From Candidatus Hydrogenedentota bacterium (lineage in GTDB: Bacteria > Hydrogenedentota > Hydrogenedentia > Hydrogenedentales > SLHB01): a stretch of 64,000 nucleotides of DNA. The first letter of the stretch is position 1. Every line of letters begins with the position of its first letter. Shown piece after piece: positions 36,598 through 45,927 of the stretch. The position numbers and the translations under genes are program-made. The DNA lies in contig BTWA01000001.1 of NCBI GenBank assembly GCA_045863295.1, positions 276,337 to 340,336 of the forward strand, given 5' to 3'. The notes beneath the pieces are model-generated. The model did not search any database and had not been told where the DNA came from. It was given only the letters and a program-made list of their open reading frames with translations.

Positions 36598-38436
36598 ATG
36601 TCCGACAAACTTATACTTGCAGTAGACGGAGGCGGAACCGCCACACGCGCCGCGCTCTACAGCAGTGATGGCCAATTGATTGCGGAAGTGTCCGGCAGCG
36701 CCTCCAACCCGGTTACGCAAGGCGTGGACCGCAGCATTGCGGTGATTGCCGGTTTGTGCAGACAACTCCTCCAAGACCAGTCCGGTGAAGTCGCATGTCT
36801 GGCCGCGGGTCTGTCCGGGGCCGGACGTTCGGGACTTCGCGGCGCGGTGTCTCGCGGTCTGGCCAATGCCCTGCGCTTGTCACGCGTGGTAGTCACCGAC
36901 GATCTGCGGCCCATGCTGCATGCCAACCTTGGATCGCGCTCGGGCATTCTCGTGATTAGCGGTACCGGGTCCAGTGTCTTGGGACAGACGAGTGATGGAC
37001 GCGTGCTGACCGTGGGTGGACGGGGCACGCTGTTCGGGGACTATGGTAGCGCGTTTCATATCGCGCAAATCGCGCTGCGCGCCGCGGCCGATGCGCTCGA
37101 CGGATTGGAGGAGCGCACGACTCTCGAAGATGCGCTGCTCCAGGCCGCCAACCTCGTCCGGTTTGATGATTTTGTCGATTGGACCCAGAAAGCCGACAAG
37201 GAAACCGTGGCAAACCTCGCGCAAGTCGTGGGCGACACAGCTTCGAAGGGCGATGTCGTTGCCAAGCGTTGTGTGGAACAGGCTGCGGATGCCCTGGCGC
37301 GGCAAGCCGCCGCCGCGGCGCACCGCCTGGGCTTGTCCGGTGGGTTGGTCATTCTATGTCACGGCGGGTGTTTCGACTACATATCCGGTTACTTCGAAGC
37401 GTTCGAAACGGCGGCCATTCGGATGCACGGCAGCGCCATTATTCAACGGTCGCCGGTATACGGCCACCGCGCCGTGGCATCTATGGCCTTGGCCGATCAA
37501 TTGCGCCCCGCCATTATGGAAGGCGTGTCCGAAGCCGCTTACGTGGAGCAGGCCGGCCCGTCTGCGCCCATTACCTCCACGGACAAACAATCCTTTTTCG
37601 ATGCACTCAACGCCGAAGACATGATCGAGCGGATGCTGATAGGCGATCGACAGGTGGTCAATGCCGTGGCGCGCCAAAAGCGGCCCATTGCGGCGCTGAT
37701 TGATCGCATCGCTGACTCATTCCAGAACGGAGGCCGGCTTATCTACGCCGGCGCGGGCACCAGTGGCCGCCTCGGCGTGCTCGACGCATCCGAATGCCCG
37801 CCCACTTTTGGCGTCGATCCCGACAGGGTGATTGGCCTCATCGCCGGTGGTGATACCGCACTGCGTGCCAGCATTGAAGGCGCCGAAGACAATGTCGATC
37901 AGGGCGAAGCCGATATCGAATCCCTCAACGTGGACGAACAGGATGTGGTCGTGGGCATCGCCGCCTCGGGAACCACACCATACACCGTCGCCGTGTTGGA
38001 ACATGCCAAGGCGCGCGGCGCATTCACCGCACTCATCCACTGCTCCGAAAATGTTCCCACCGAAGCGGACATTGTCGTGGCCCTTCCCACCGGCGCGGAA
38101 ATCGTGGGAGGCTCTACAAGGCTCAAAGCCGGCACAGCCACCAAATTGGTCTTGAACATGCTTTCGACGTGCGCCATGGCCATTGCAGGCCGCGTATTCG
38201 AAGGCTATATGGTCGGTGTCAAACCGCAGAATGCAAAATTGAAGAAGCGCGCCGTCCATATCGTGGCCACGTTGTGTTCCTGTTCCACCGACGAGGCGCA
38301 ACAAGCGCTCGATCAAAGTGGCGGCCGGGTCGATGTCGCCGTGATCATGGGAAGAAAAGGCATTCCCGCGGACGAGGCATCGGCCATTCTCGCGAAGCAC
38401 AATGGCAATCTCCGGCGGGCCTTGCATGCTTCGTGA
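36598..38436 (+). CDS. murQ: BadF-family amino-sugar kinase (MurK-like) fused to MurNAc-6-P etherase
   Basis: N-half: AVDGGGTAT, AGLSGAG, ISGTGS, VGGRGTLFGDYGS. C-half: GAGTSGRLGVLDASECPPTFG, EGAED, GIAASGTTPY, GSTRLKAGTATKLVLNMLST. Confidence 0.92.
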   Translation: MSDKLILAVDGGGTATRAALYSSDGQLIAEVSGSASNPVTQGVDRSIAVIAGLCRQLLQDQSGEVACLAAGLSGAGRSGLRGAVSRGLANALRLSRVVVTDDLRPMLHANLGSRSGILVISGTGSSVLGQTSDGRVLTVGGRGTLFGDYGSAFHIAQIALRAAADALDGLEERTTLEDALLQAANLVRFDDFVDWTQKADKETVANLAQVVGDTASKGDVVAKRCVEQAADALARQAAAAAHRLGLSGGLVILCHGGCFDYISGYFEAFETAAIRMHGSAIIQRSPVYGHRAVASMALADQLRPAIMEGVSEAAYVEQAGPSAPITSTDKQSFFDALNAEDMIERMLIGDRQVVNAVARQKRPIAALIDRIADSFQNGGRLIYAGAGTSGRLGVLDASECPPTFGVDPDRVIGLIAGGDTALRASIEGAEDNVDQGEADIESLNVDEQDVVVGIAASGTTPYTVAVLEHAKARGAFTALIHCSENVPTEADIVVALPTGAEIVGGSTRLKAGTATKLVLNMLSTCAMAIAGRVFEGYMVGVKPQNAKLKKRAVHIVATLCSCSTDEAQQALDQSGGRVDVAVIMGRKGIPADEASAILAKHNGNLRRALHAS

Positions 38437-40111
38437 CGAGAACCCCCTCCGCCAACTTGCCATTCGCCGATACCGGAAACATGCCTGGGCGAGTTTTATC
38501 CTGGGGTCGGTCGTGGCCCTGTCGGCCGGGTGCGTCACCGAACCGGCCCCGCTACCGTCTCCGGCACGCCCGACCACACCGCCCCCGGCCCCTGTCCAGC
38601 GGCCGCTGCCTCCTCCCCCGGTGGAAGTGCCGACACCGATGGATGCCGATGCCGCCAGCAGCAATCCAATGTTGAAAATACAATTGCTGGCGGGCGTGAA
38701 GACGATTGCCTTCGAATCGGCCTCGCCCGTAAACGTGACTGCCGGTCAAGTGAAACAGACCTTGCCTGCAGGCCGCTTTCAATGCCGACTCGGACAGGCA
38801 ATGCCCGCCCGGTACCGGTACGGTGCTTACATCAAAAGCTTCAAACCCGCCGAATTCGCGGAGGCCGAAACGCTTGCCGCCGCGTGGCGTGCGCAAGGAT
38901 TTCAGTCCAGCGTGGTCACCCTGGGGCAGACCCATCAGACCGCGGAGGGCCGCACACTCGACGGCCGCACGTTCTGGGTTACCGTAGGTCACTTTGCGTC
39001 GCAGCAGGAAGCGGACGCCGTCAAGTCTCTGCTTGCCAATCGAGGTCAGTCGGTTTGGGTCCGTCCGGAGCAGGTGGAAACGGGCAAGGGCGAAGTCGCA
39101 ATCGCCGTCTCGCAAGGCGCAACCTATGCAGCACAAGCGCCGTTGCGATTGAAGGGGACCGGAGTCATTGCACTATCCAGCCACCCGGATGGAAAATCCC
39201 GGGCGTACAGAGGCGAAATGGAACTCGCCGTGGGAAAAGACGGAACGCTGGAAGTCTACGAGCACATAGACATGGAATCGTATCTTGCTGGCGTGCTCCC
39301 CGCCGAGATGCCCGCGCTTTGGCCCGAGGAAGCACTGAAAGCGCAGGCGATCGCCGCCCGCAGCGATGTGCTCAAGCACATGGCCGAGAAGAGAATCCTC
39401 GAGGGGTTCCATTTCCTGGCCACCGTGGCCGATAGGGCGTACTCCGGATCCGGAGGCCGCCATCCTCGTACTGACGCCGCCGTGTCGGCAACCTGCGGAG
39501 AAGTAGCCACGGACGGTCTTCGTATCTTGCCGGGCGTGTTCAGCTCTAATTGCGGTGGTTGGACTGAAGCAAATGAAACCGCATGGACCGGTCCGCCGGA
39601 CGCTGCGTTGCGATCGGTCAACGACGCACCCGGTTCCGAAGGTCCTTCTCCCATGAATGTAAATATTGCGCGATGGCTGGAACACGATGGAAATGCATAC
39701 TGTGCAGCCGATGCGACCGGGTACCGCTGGATCAAACGCTTGACACAAGCGGAAGCGACCCGCCTGGTCAACCAGAAGTACGCCGTAGGCACTGTGCAGC
39801 GTATCGATCTCGGCGAACGAGGAACCGGAGGCAGACTTCTGTCCCTAAAGGTATCCGGCACAAAGGGCGCCGTCACCATTCAGCGCGAACTGCCCATCCG
39901 GCAGGCATTTGGCGGATTGCCCAGTGCGATGTTTATAATCAATGGAGGACAATCCGCCTCCGGTACGGCCTTTACATTTGAAGGGGGCGGCCGGGGGCAT
40001 GGCGTGGGACTGTGCCAACATGGGGCGCGGGGAATGGCCGAAGCCGGATTGGACTGCCGCGCCATTATTCGCCACTACTATGTAGGCGCAAGCGTCGTGA
40101 AGTTGCGATAG
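38426..40111 (+). CDS. SpoIID/LytB-family lipoprotein with a SPOR-like insertion
   Basis: Lipobox LSAG|C; YRGEM, YLAGVLPAEM, EALKAQAIAARS, FSSNCGG, GHGVGLCQHGA; FWVTVGHFASQQEA is SPOR-like. Confidence 0.88.
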   Translation: MLRDENPLRQLAIRRYRKHAWASFILGSVVALSAGCVTEPAPLPSPARPTTPPPAPVQRPLPPPPVEVPTPMDADAASSNPMLKIQLLAGVKTIAFESASPVNVTAGQVKQTLPAGRFQCRLGQAMPARYRYGAYIKSFKPAEFAEAETLAAAWRAQGFQSSVVTLGQTHQTAEGRTLDGRTFWVTVGHFASQQEADAVKSLLANRGQSVWVRPEQVETGKGEVAIAVSQGATYAAQAPLRLKGTGVIALSSHPDGKSRAYRGEMELAVGKDGTLEVYEHIDMESYLAGVLPAEMPALWPEEALKAQAIAARSDVLKHMAEKRILEGFHFLATVADRAYSGSGGRHPRTDAAVSATCGEVATDGLRILPGVFSSNCGGWTEANETAWTGPPDAALRSVNDAPGSEGPSPMNVNIARWLEHDGNAYCAADATGYRWIKRLTQAEATRLVNQKYAVGTVQRIDLGERGTGGRLLSLKVSGTKGAVTIQRELPIRQAFGGLPSAMFIINGGQSASGTAFTFEGGGRGHGVGLCQHGARGMAEAGLDCRAIIRHYYVGASVVKLR

Positions 40112-40165
40112 CCCGAATCGCTGCAGGCAGTCACTGCCCGTGGGCTGGAGCCAACAGGAGCCAAC

Positions 40166-41326
40166 ATGGTTGATGCAATTCGAAAAAAACCAACCCGCTT
40201 TGCCATCGGCCTTACGGCTGGGGCCGCGGCGCGCGGCATCGATGCCGTGTTGGTTCGCATAAAGGGTTCCGGACCCGGTTCCCACATCAAACTCGTCCGG
40301 TCAAAACATTTCCCGCATTCGCAGTCGCTTCGAGCGCGAATGTTGGTAAGCCGAAAGGATGCGCGCGAGGTCGCATTGCTCAGTTTCGACCTCGGCGATG
40401 CCTTGGCGGATGCGGCCGAAGAAATGCAACGGCTCGCGCATAAGGAACTTGTGGAAGTCGACTTTGTGGCCTCCGCCGGCCACACGGTCGCGCACAATCC
40501 CGCTAGAGGATATGAAACCGCGGCCGTGGGCACTCTGCAAGTGGGCGAATCCGCGGTTATTGCGGAGCGTACCCAGTTGCCTGTCGTATCCGATTTTCAA
40601 GCGCGCGACATGGCCGCCGGTGGACAGGGCGGACCCATTACAACCTACGGCGATTGGATACTGTTCTCCCGGCCGGATCGAACGATCCTAAGGCTGCACC
40701 TGGGCGGAAATACCAGCATGACGGTCGTCTCGCCCGCGTTCGAAATGATCACTTCCTTCGACACAGGACCCGGTATGACCGCGCTCGACGGCACCGTGCG
40801 TATTCTTACCGGCGGCACGGCGGATCTCGATGAGGACGGCGAAGCCGCTTCCAAAGGCATGGTTATCGACGAATTCCTGGAATACCTGCTTGATCAGCCA
40901 TTCTTTTCGAAAGTCCCGCCAAAGAGCACGGCCTACGGCGAGTTCGGCACAGAGCACTATCTGCGCGATGCGCTCACCGGGCGCCGAGTACATTCGTTCG
41001 AAGACTTGACGGCAACCGTGACCGCCGCGGTCAGTTACAGCATTGTCCGCGCCTACAACCGGTTTGTAAAACCGCAATTTGGAATCTCACGCGTGGTCGT
41101 CAGCGGCGGCGGGGTGAACAACGGGGCGCTGATGCAGCGATTGCGCAACGCAATTCCAGAAGCCACCTTCCGGTCCAGCGATGAATATGGCCTGCCCCAC
41201 CAATGCGTCGACGCCATGGCCATCGCCATTCTCGGAAACGAAACCCTGTGCGGAAAGGCGTCCAATGTACCTCATGCGACCGGTGCGCAAAAGCCCGTGC
41301 CATTGGGCCGGATAACGCCCGCATAG
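40166..41326 (+). CDS. anmK: Anhydro-N-acetylmuramic acid kinase homolog with divergent motifs
   Basis: GIDAVLV, TLQVGE, VVSDF, DMAAGGQG, FDTGPG, PPKST, SGGGVNN, NVPHATGA. Confidence 0.8.
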   Translation: MVDAIRKKPTRFAIGLTAGAAARGIDAVLVRIKGSGPGSHIKLVRSKHFPHSQSLRARMLVSRKDAREVALLSFDLGDALADAAEEMQRLAHKELVEVDFVASAGHTVAHNPARGYETAAVGTLQVGESAVIAERTQLPVVSDFQARDMAAGGQGGPITTYGDWILFSRPDRTILRLHLGGNTSMTVVSPAFEMITSFDTGPGMTALDGTVRILTGGTADLDEDGEAASKGMVIDEFLEYLLDQPFFSKVPPKSTAYGEFGTEHYLRDALTGRRVHSFEDLTATVTAAVSYSIVRAYNRFVKPQFGISRVVVSGGGVNNGALMQRLRNAIPEATFRSSDEYGLPHQCVDAMAIAILGNETLCGKASNVPHATGAQKPVPLGRITPA

Positions 41327-41340
41327 TCCCAATTGGCGAA

Positions 41341-44013
41341 TCAATTCGCCAGTGCCTTGTCCATCTCCACAATCAGCGATCCCAGTTCCGATCGTTTGGA
41401 TTGGAGCACCGCGAAGTCGCGGCTGAACGAAACGAGACTGGGCACCAGCGAGTGCATGTTGTACCCTTGCTGCACGCGGGCGAGCAGTGACGCGTGTCCG
41501 CCTTTCTTCTCCAACGCCTCCATGCGTTCGCGAAACATCACAAGATAGTCATAGTCCTCGACACCATCTCGAATGGTCTCCCATCGGATGGACCGGACCG
41601 GACCTTCCGCGCTGGGGTACAAGAGAAATCCATCGCCGTTCACCGGTGTGATGTCGAGCAGCCCCTTGTATGGGTCGTCCTGCGGAGGTGTATAGCTCAC
41701 GTTCCAATAGTGAAACCCTTTCACACCCAGCACCCAAGCCTGCCAAAATAAAATACGGTGCTCCAAGGCGGCGAAATCGAGAAAAAAATTGCCGTACGGC
41801 CGCGGCGGCGCGTGATTCACATACCACCACACTTCTCCGCCGCTCTTGATCCGGTCGAGCACTACCCGGTTGTTGGGCGTGTCAAACACAGGGACATGGA
41901 CTGCCCAGATATCCGCCGCGTCGCTTAAGAACGGTTCCAATCCCATCGTCGCCACCATAACGGGGATATCCGGCGCAATGTCGCGCCACTGCTGGATGCG
42001 TTCGAACACACGCGGCCATGTGGCGGGTTTGGGTTCGCTCGCCACCAAAGTAAATGCGGATTCTTGGAGATTTGATCGGACAACCGCCGCATTCGCCAAT
42101 TTCAACTGATCGGGGAATTCCAGAAGCGATTGCGAAGCCGAGTGCGTTGTGGCGTGATGCGCGCGCAGTGTATCCAGGCCGCGTTCGAACGTAGCCAAGG
42201 CGGCGCCGTAATCCGGACTCTCTTTAGGCAACTGCGCGGTATCGCGAAGCGTAATTCGGGACTCCGCACCCAATGCGAGATATTGTTCACGCAGCGAATC
42301 CGCGGACCCCTTGAAACCAAACCGTTTCATCAGCGCAAGGGCCTCGGAAATGTCCAGCCCGAAGTCCGACTTGAGCGCGGGTGTGGCCGGTAACGCGAAA
42401 TCGAGCACCTCCACTTCTACCCGTATGGGGATGGCCCCTGTCGCGTCCGTAGCCAGTTCTATTCCTCCAATGTACTTTCCCGCCGGCGTGTTCTCCGGAA
42501 TCCGTACCGTCACCCAGATGGGCTGATTGCGTCCTCCGGACATGTCGAACGGTTGAAAGGGCAGCAAGGCGTCCGGCCACTCTCCCGACGGTCCTTCGTA
42601 GTAGCTTGGCACGGCAACCGGCGTGTACAGCACGTTGAAAACCGAAATACTGTCAGGTCGTATCTCCGCTTGCGCGGAAACATGTTTCATAGGCAGAACC
42701 CGGACGGACTGGACAGAGAGCAGGCTGTCATCAGGTGGGCGAACCACAAGTTGAAAAGACTCGGCCTCATTTCGCGCCAGGATCAGGCGTACCCCATCGC
42801 GAATTGTACCCGATGCAACCGGAATGTCTTCCGCAAACACTTTCTCCAATGCGGGCTCAATCCATACTGCGGCTGCATTGTCGACCGCCATATCGCGCTT
42901 GATTTGGAGCGGCCGTCGTCTTAATGCGACGGCTGCGTCGGTCCAGGGCTCCATCGACGCATCACGGGGCTTTCCCACAATGAACTGCGCGTCAATGCCG
43001 CCGTGAGGCGTGTGAACAGTCCGCCCAAGGTCCACATTTGTTTCGTCTCGCTTCACCAATGCGAGAAAATCGTACGCGCCATCGGCTGGTGCGGCCCACG
43101 GATAATTGAATGTCGTAACGCCGCCCGCGACAAGATCGAAATCCTGAGCCGGCAGGCGGTTTACCTTTCCATTGGGTTCCATAATGCTGGCATGCAATGA
43201 CAAACCGGAAATCGATTTCGCGCCTGCAATAGCAACGCGCAGTTCGCCGGTCGCGTAATCCAATTGGACAGCCAGTTCTTCGGAAGCGAAGTCCACATGA
43301 GTCAAGCCGCGTACCATCGTCAGGATATACGAGGTCTCCCACGAATCGCCCGGCCTCATGAGAAACGGAAGAAACGCAGTCTGCAATCCCGCATAAGGTT
43401 GCTTGGGCGCGATGTGCGTGACGAACGCATGGGTCTGTTCCGCGTTGTATATCGCGCATAGCGACTCTTTGGTGGACGGGTCCGTGGCGGCAATCCAATT
43501 GCGGGATGCAACCTGATAGCCGCTGAAGGTCGCGCGTACGATGCCGTGAACACTCGGCACATCCACGCGATCCTTGTCATCCAACGCGCCGCCCGGCGCA
43601 ACGTCGTGCCGCACCCAGGGAGCCACCCATTGATCTTCCTTGCCCTTGTGTTCGACGCGCCAGCCCACCTTCAGGGCCGTCGAATCCGTCACCGGCTCCA
43701 ACGTGCGTGTCGCGTGAAGACCGGTAATGTTCGGGCCGTCGCAATCGTAATCGTAGGCTAATCCTGAACCCGCGGTTTTGACGGTTTCGTTCAAGTGACG
43801 GTTCGGCACATAGTAACTGCCCACGCCGAATCCTTCCCATGCCACGCCCAGACCCGCCGCCCAATTCTTGCCGTTGAACGTCAACTCATGCGCGGGGGCG
43901 CCTTCACCGGGATCCAACTTCAACAGAAATCCATTTCCAGTAACGACCCGCTCCTGTCCGTACGCCGAGCAAACGGACCACAAACAGACCCAACATACAA
44001 CCCTAAAAAGCAT
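41341..44013 (-). CDS. Secreted DUF4091/GH123-like glycoside hydrolase with an N-terminal beta-sandwich region
   Basis: Signal peptide from ATG 44013; LARNEAESFQLVV, VWWYVN, GFHYWN, GDGFLLYP, SIRWETIRDGVEDYDYL. Confidence 0.8.
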   Translation of the reverse strand: MLFRVVCWVCLWSVCSAYGQERVVTGNGFLLKLDPGEGAPAHELTFNGKNWAAGLGVAWEGFGVGSYYVPNRHLNETVKTAGSGLAYDYDCDGPNITGLHATRTLEPVTDSTALKVGWRVEHKGKEDQWVAPWVRHDVAPGGALDDKDRVDVPSVHGIVRATFSGYQVASRNWIAATDPSTKESLCAIYNAEQTHAFVTHIAPKQPYAGLQTAFLPFLMRPGDSWETSYILTMVRGLTHVDFASEELAVQLDYATGELRVAIAGAKSISGLSLHASIMEPNGKVNRLPAQDFDLVAGGVTTFNYPWAAPADGAYDFLALVKRDETNVDLGRTVHTPHGGIDAQFIVGKPRDASMEPWTDAAVALRRRPLQIKRDMAVDNAAAVWIEPALEKVFAEDIPVASGTIRDGVRLILARNEAESFQLVVRPPDDSLLSVQSVRVLPMKHVSAQAEIRPDSISVFNVLYTPVAVPSYYEGPSGEWPDALLPFQPFDMSGGRNQPIWVTVRIPENTPAGKYIGGIELATDATGAIPIRVEVEVLDFALPATPALKSDFGLDISEALALMKRFGFKGSADSLREQYLALGAESRITLRDTAQLPKESPDYGAALATFERGLDTLRAHHATTHSASQSLLEFPDQLKLANAAVVRSNLQESAFTLVASEPKPATWPRVFERIQQWRDIAPDIPVMVATMGLEPFLSDAADIWAVHVPVFDTPNNRVVLDRIKSGGEVWWYVNHAPPRPYGNFFLDFAALEHRILFWQAWVLGVKGFHYWNVSYTPPQDDPYKGLLDITPVNGDGFLLYPSAEGPVRSIRWETIRDGVEDYDYLVMFRERMEALEKKGGHASLLARVQQGYNMHSLVPSLVSFSRDFAVLQSKRSELGSLIVEMDKALAN

Positions 44014-44388
44014 GAAACATCGTCTCCAAAGTGAATAAAACCCCGATGGGGATGAAGAGTCACGAAGAATCGGAATTGTACACAACCACGAGAGAGAGAC
44101 GAAACGGCCCCCGATAATTTCTGTACAAGAATCAGATTGCACTGTAAGAAAGTTGGACAGATCAGCGGGGCTGCTCGCCATGCGCCGGAGACATATTCCT
44201 GTAAGTGATTAGCTGAGACAGAATTACGAATATTCCCTGATTTGGGTATGCCGGTTGCTTTCCATACCCTCGTGCGTTTTGCTTAAGGCGAATGCCCCGG
44301 CGGGCGCAGGTTTCTTGTGGTATGATACAGAAATGCATTCATCCCTGCTTGCAGGCAGGGTGGGTCGCATGCAAGGAGAGCAGTGAAA

Positions 44389-44997
44389 ATGTTCAACGGG
44401 TACAAGGGATTGCTGAAAGTGACGGTTGCGGCCGCACTGGCCGTGCTTGCCATCCTGGCGCAAGGTTGCCCCTTTGCATCCACCATGTCCGAACCGTATT
44501 TGTATACGGTCTCAGGGAAAGTGACGAGCATTGAAGACAACGGTCTGACGCCTGCTGGTGTTCAAGTAGGTGATGCATTTACCGCCAAGATCCTGATCGA
44601 TCTGAAAAGGACCCCGGTCACCGCGTTCTTCATACCCAGTTTTGTCAGCGTGACCAACGATCCGGAGAACAATCTGGAGGTGCGCTTCCTGTATACCGAA
44701 TATGATTCCACGGGGTTTGACCCGATGCTGGAGTCATGGGGCATGGCATCCATGGTCGGTGTCATCGGCGTGGGTACGCAGGGCGAGCTGACCATTGGTG
44801 GCACCCCGTACATTTACGGTCAAGCTAGTGCCGGCGCGCTTACTCTGGCCACGTTGGGCGCCAAAGTGGAAGACTGGGCCGTTGGAACGAATGTGAAGGC
44901 GTCTTTCGACATACCGAGCGCGGATCCCGAAGCCGATGAGCCGCTCGCCAGCATTATCAGCAGCGATACCGTCATTACGGCTATCGATCCCCTGTAG
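44389..44997 (+). CDS. Hypothetical lipoprotein
   Basis: AAGGAG RBS; lipobox LAQG|CP; beta-rich mature part; TGGTATGAT extended -10 candidate at 44318-26. Confidence 0.7.
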   Translation: MFNGYKGLLKVTVAAALAVLAILAQGCPFASTMSEPYLYTVSGKVTSIEDNGLTPAGVQVGDAFTAKILIDLKRTPVTAFFIPSFVSVTNDPENNLEVRFLYTEYDSTGFDPMLESWGMASMVGVIGVGTQGELTIGGTPYIYGQASAGALTLATLGAKVEDWAVGTNVKASFDIPSADPEADEPLASIISSDTVITAIDPL

Positions 44998-45198
44998 GGA
45001 TTGGCCGGTATTCCGTTCGCTTCGAAACTGAAAACTCGACTCCCGCCCGCATCGGAAAGCATGTGTGCGGGAGTCTGTATTTGCCTCGCGAATGGATGAT
45101 CGGCAAAAATGAAGAGCCGCACCACGGAACGCCAAACAGTTCCGGGTGCGGCGTCGGCTTACTCTTCGTTGTTCCCGCTTTGCGACTGAGAGAAGGCC

Positions 45199-45381
45199 TC
45201 AGGTCGCAGGCGTTTCGGTCTCGCTGAGGCCGAGCAACTCAAGAATGATGTTGATCAAAAATATGATCAACGCGATCAGAGAATCGAGCGAAGCGCCGCT
45301 CACTCCGCCATGGTCGTCATCGTCATCGTCGCGATCTGCTTTGGCTGGAATCGTGAACCGTGTGAACTTGCAAGCCTTCAT
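45199..45381 (-). CDS. Small 60-aa peptide: basic leader ending PAKA, Asp run, hydrophobic helix
   Basis: AGGAGG RBS 7 nt before ATG; upstream TTGCCA-17-TATACA on the minus strand (45455-45427). Confidence 0.7.
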   Translation of the reverse strand: MKACKFTRFTIPAKADRDDDDDDHGGVSGASLDSLIALIIFLINIILELLGLSETETPAT

Positions 45382-45702
45382 TGTTCAGCCTCCTACGCTG
45401 TTTGCCCCACAAGCACTCCGCTGTTATGTATAACACACAAACTCAATCTTGGCAATAAGTTGTGTGACCGGTTTTCTCTCTTTTCTCACAGGTTTTCACT
45501 TTGAGCAGTTTTCTTCGACGGTGCCTCCGTCGGCCCGAAATTACAGACTTTGTGCGTACGGTGCACACTGCGATCAACCACAAAAATCCCATCCATCGCG
45601 CGGAACAGGTTGTGCCGACTCGATTTCGCAAGGTTGATGCCTCGGCATCTGGCCGCTATCATGCGGTGCTTCGAGGGGCGGAGCCAGGGAGCATGTGGCG
45701 GC

Positions 45703-45927
45703 ATGGATTGGGCACGCGTATTACCCATTGTGTGTGAATTTGGCGTAGGGGCCATACTCTGCGGGTTAGGCCTGTGGTCTGGCTGGCGCAGCGGCTTTCT
45801 GGACCCAAAGCTTCCAGACGACCGCCGCATGATCGGTTGGATCGTGGGAGGTTATTTGGGCCTGTTGGCGTTCTACTGCGCATTTACCTTCTGGCTGCCG
45901 TTTGTGCCTCGTGAGGCCGCGCCATGA
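45703..45927 (+). CDS. Small two-TM protein coupled to the SSS symporter
   Basis: Two hydrophobic segments; its stop overlaps the symporter ATG (ATGA 45924-27). Confidence 0.7.
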   Translation: MDWARVLPIVCEFGVGAILCGLGLWSGWRSGFLDPKLPDDRRMIGWIVGGYLGLLAFYCAFTFWLPFVPREAAP

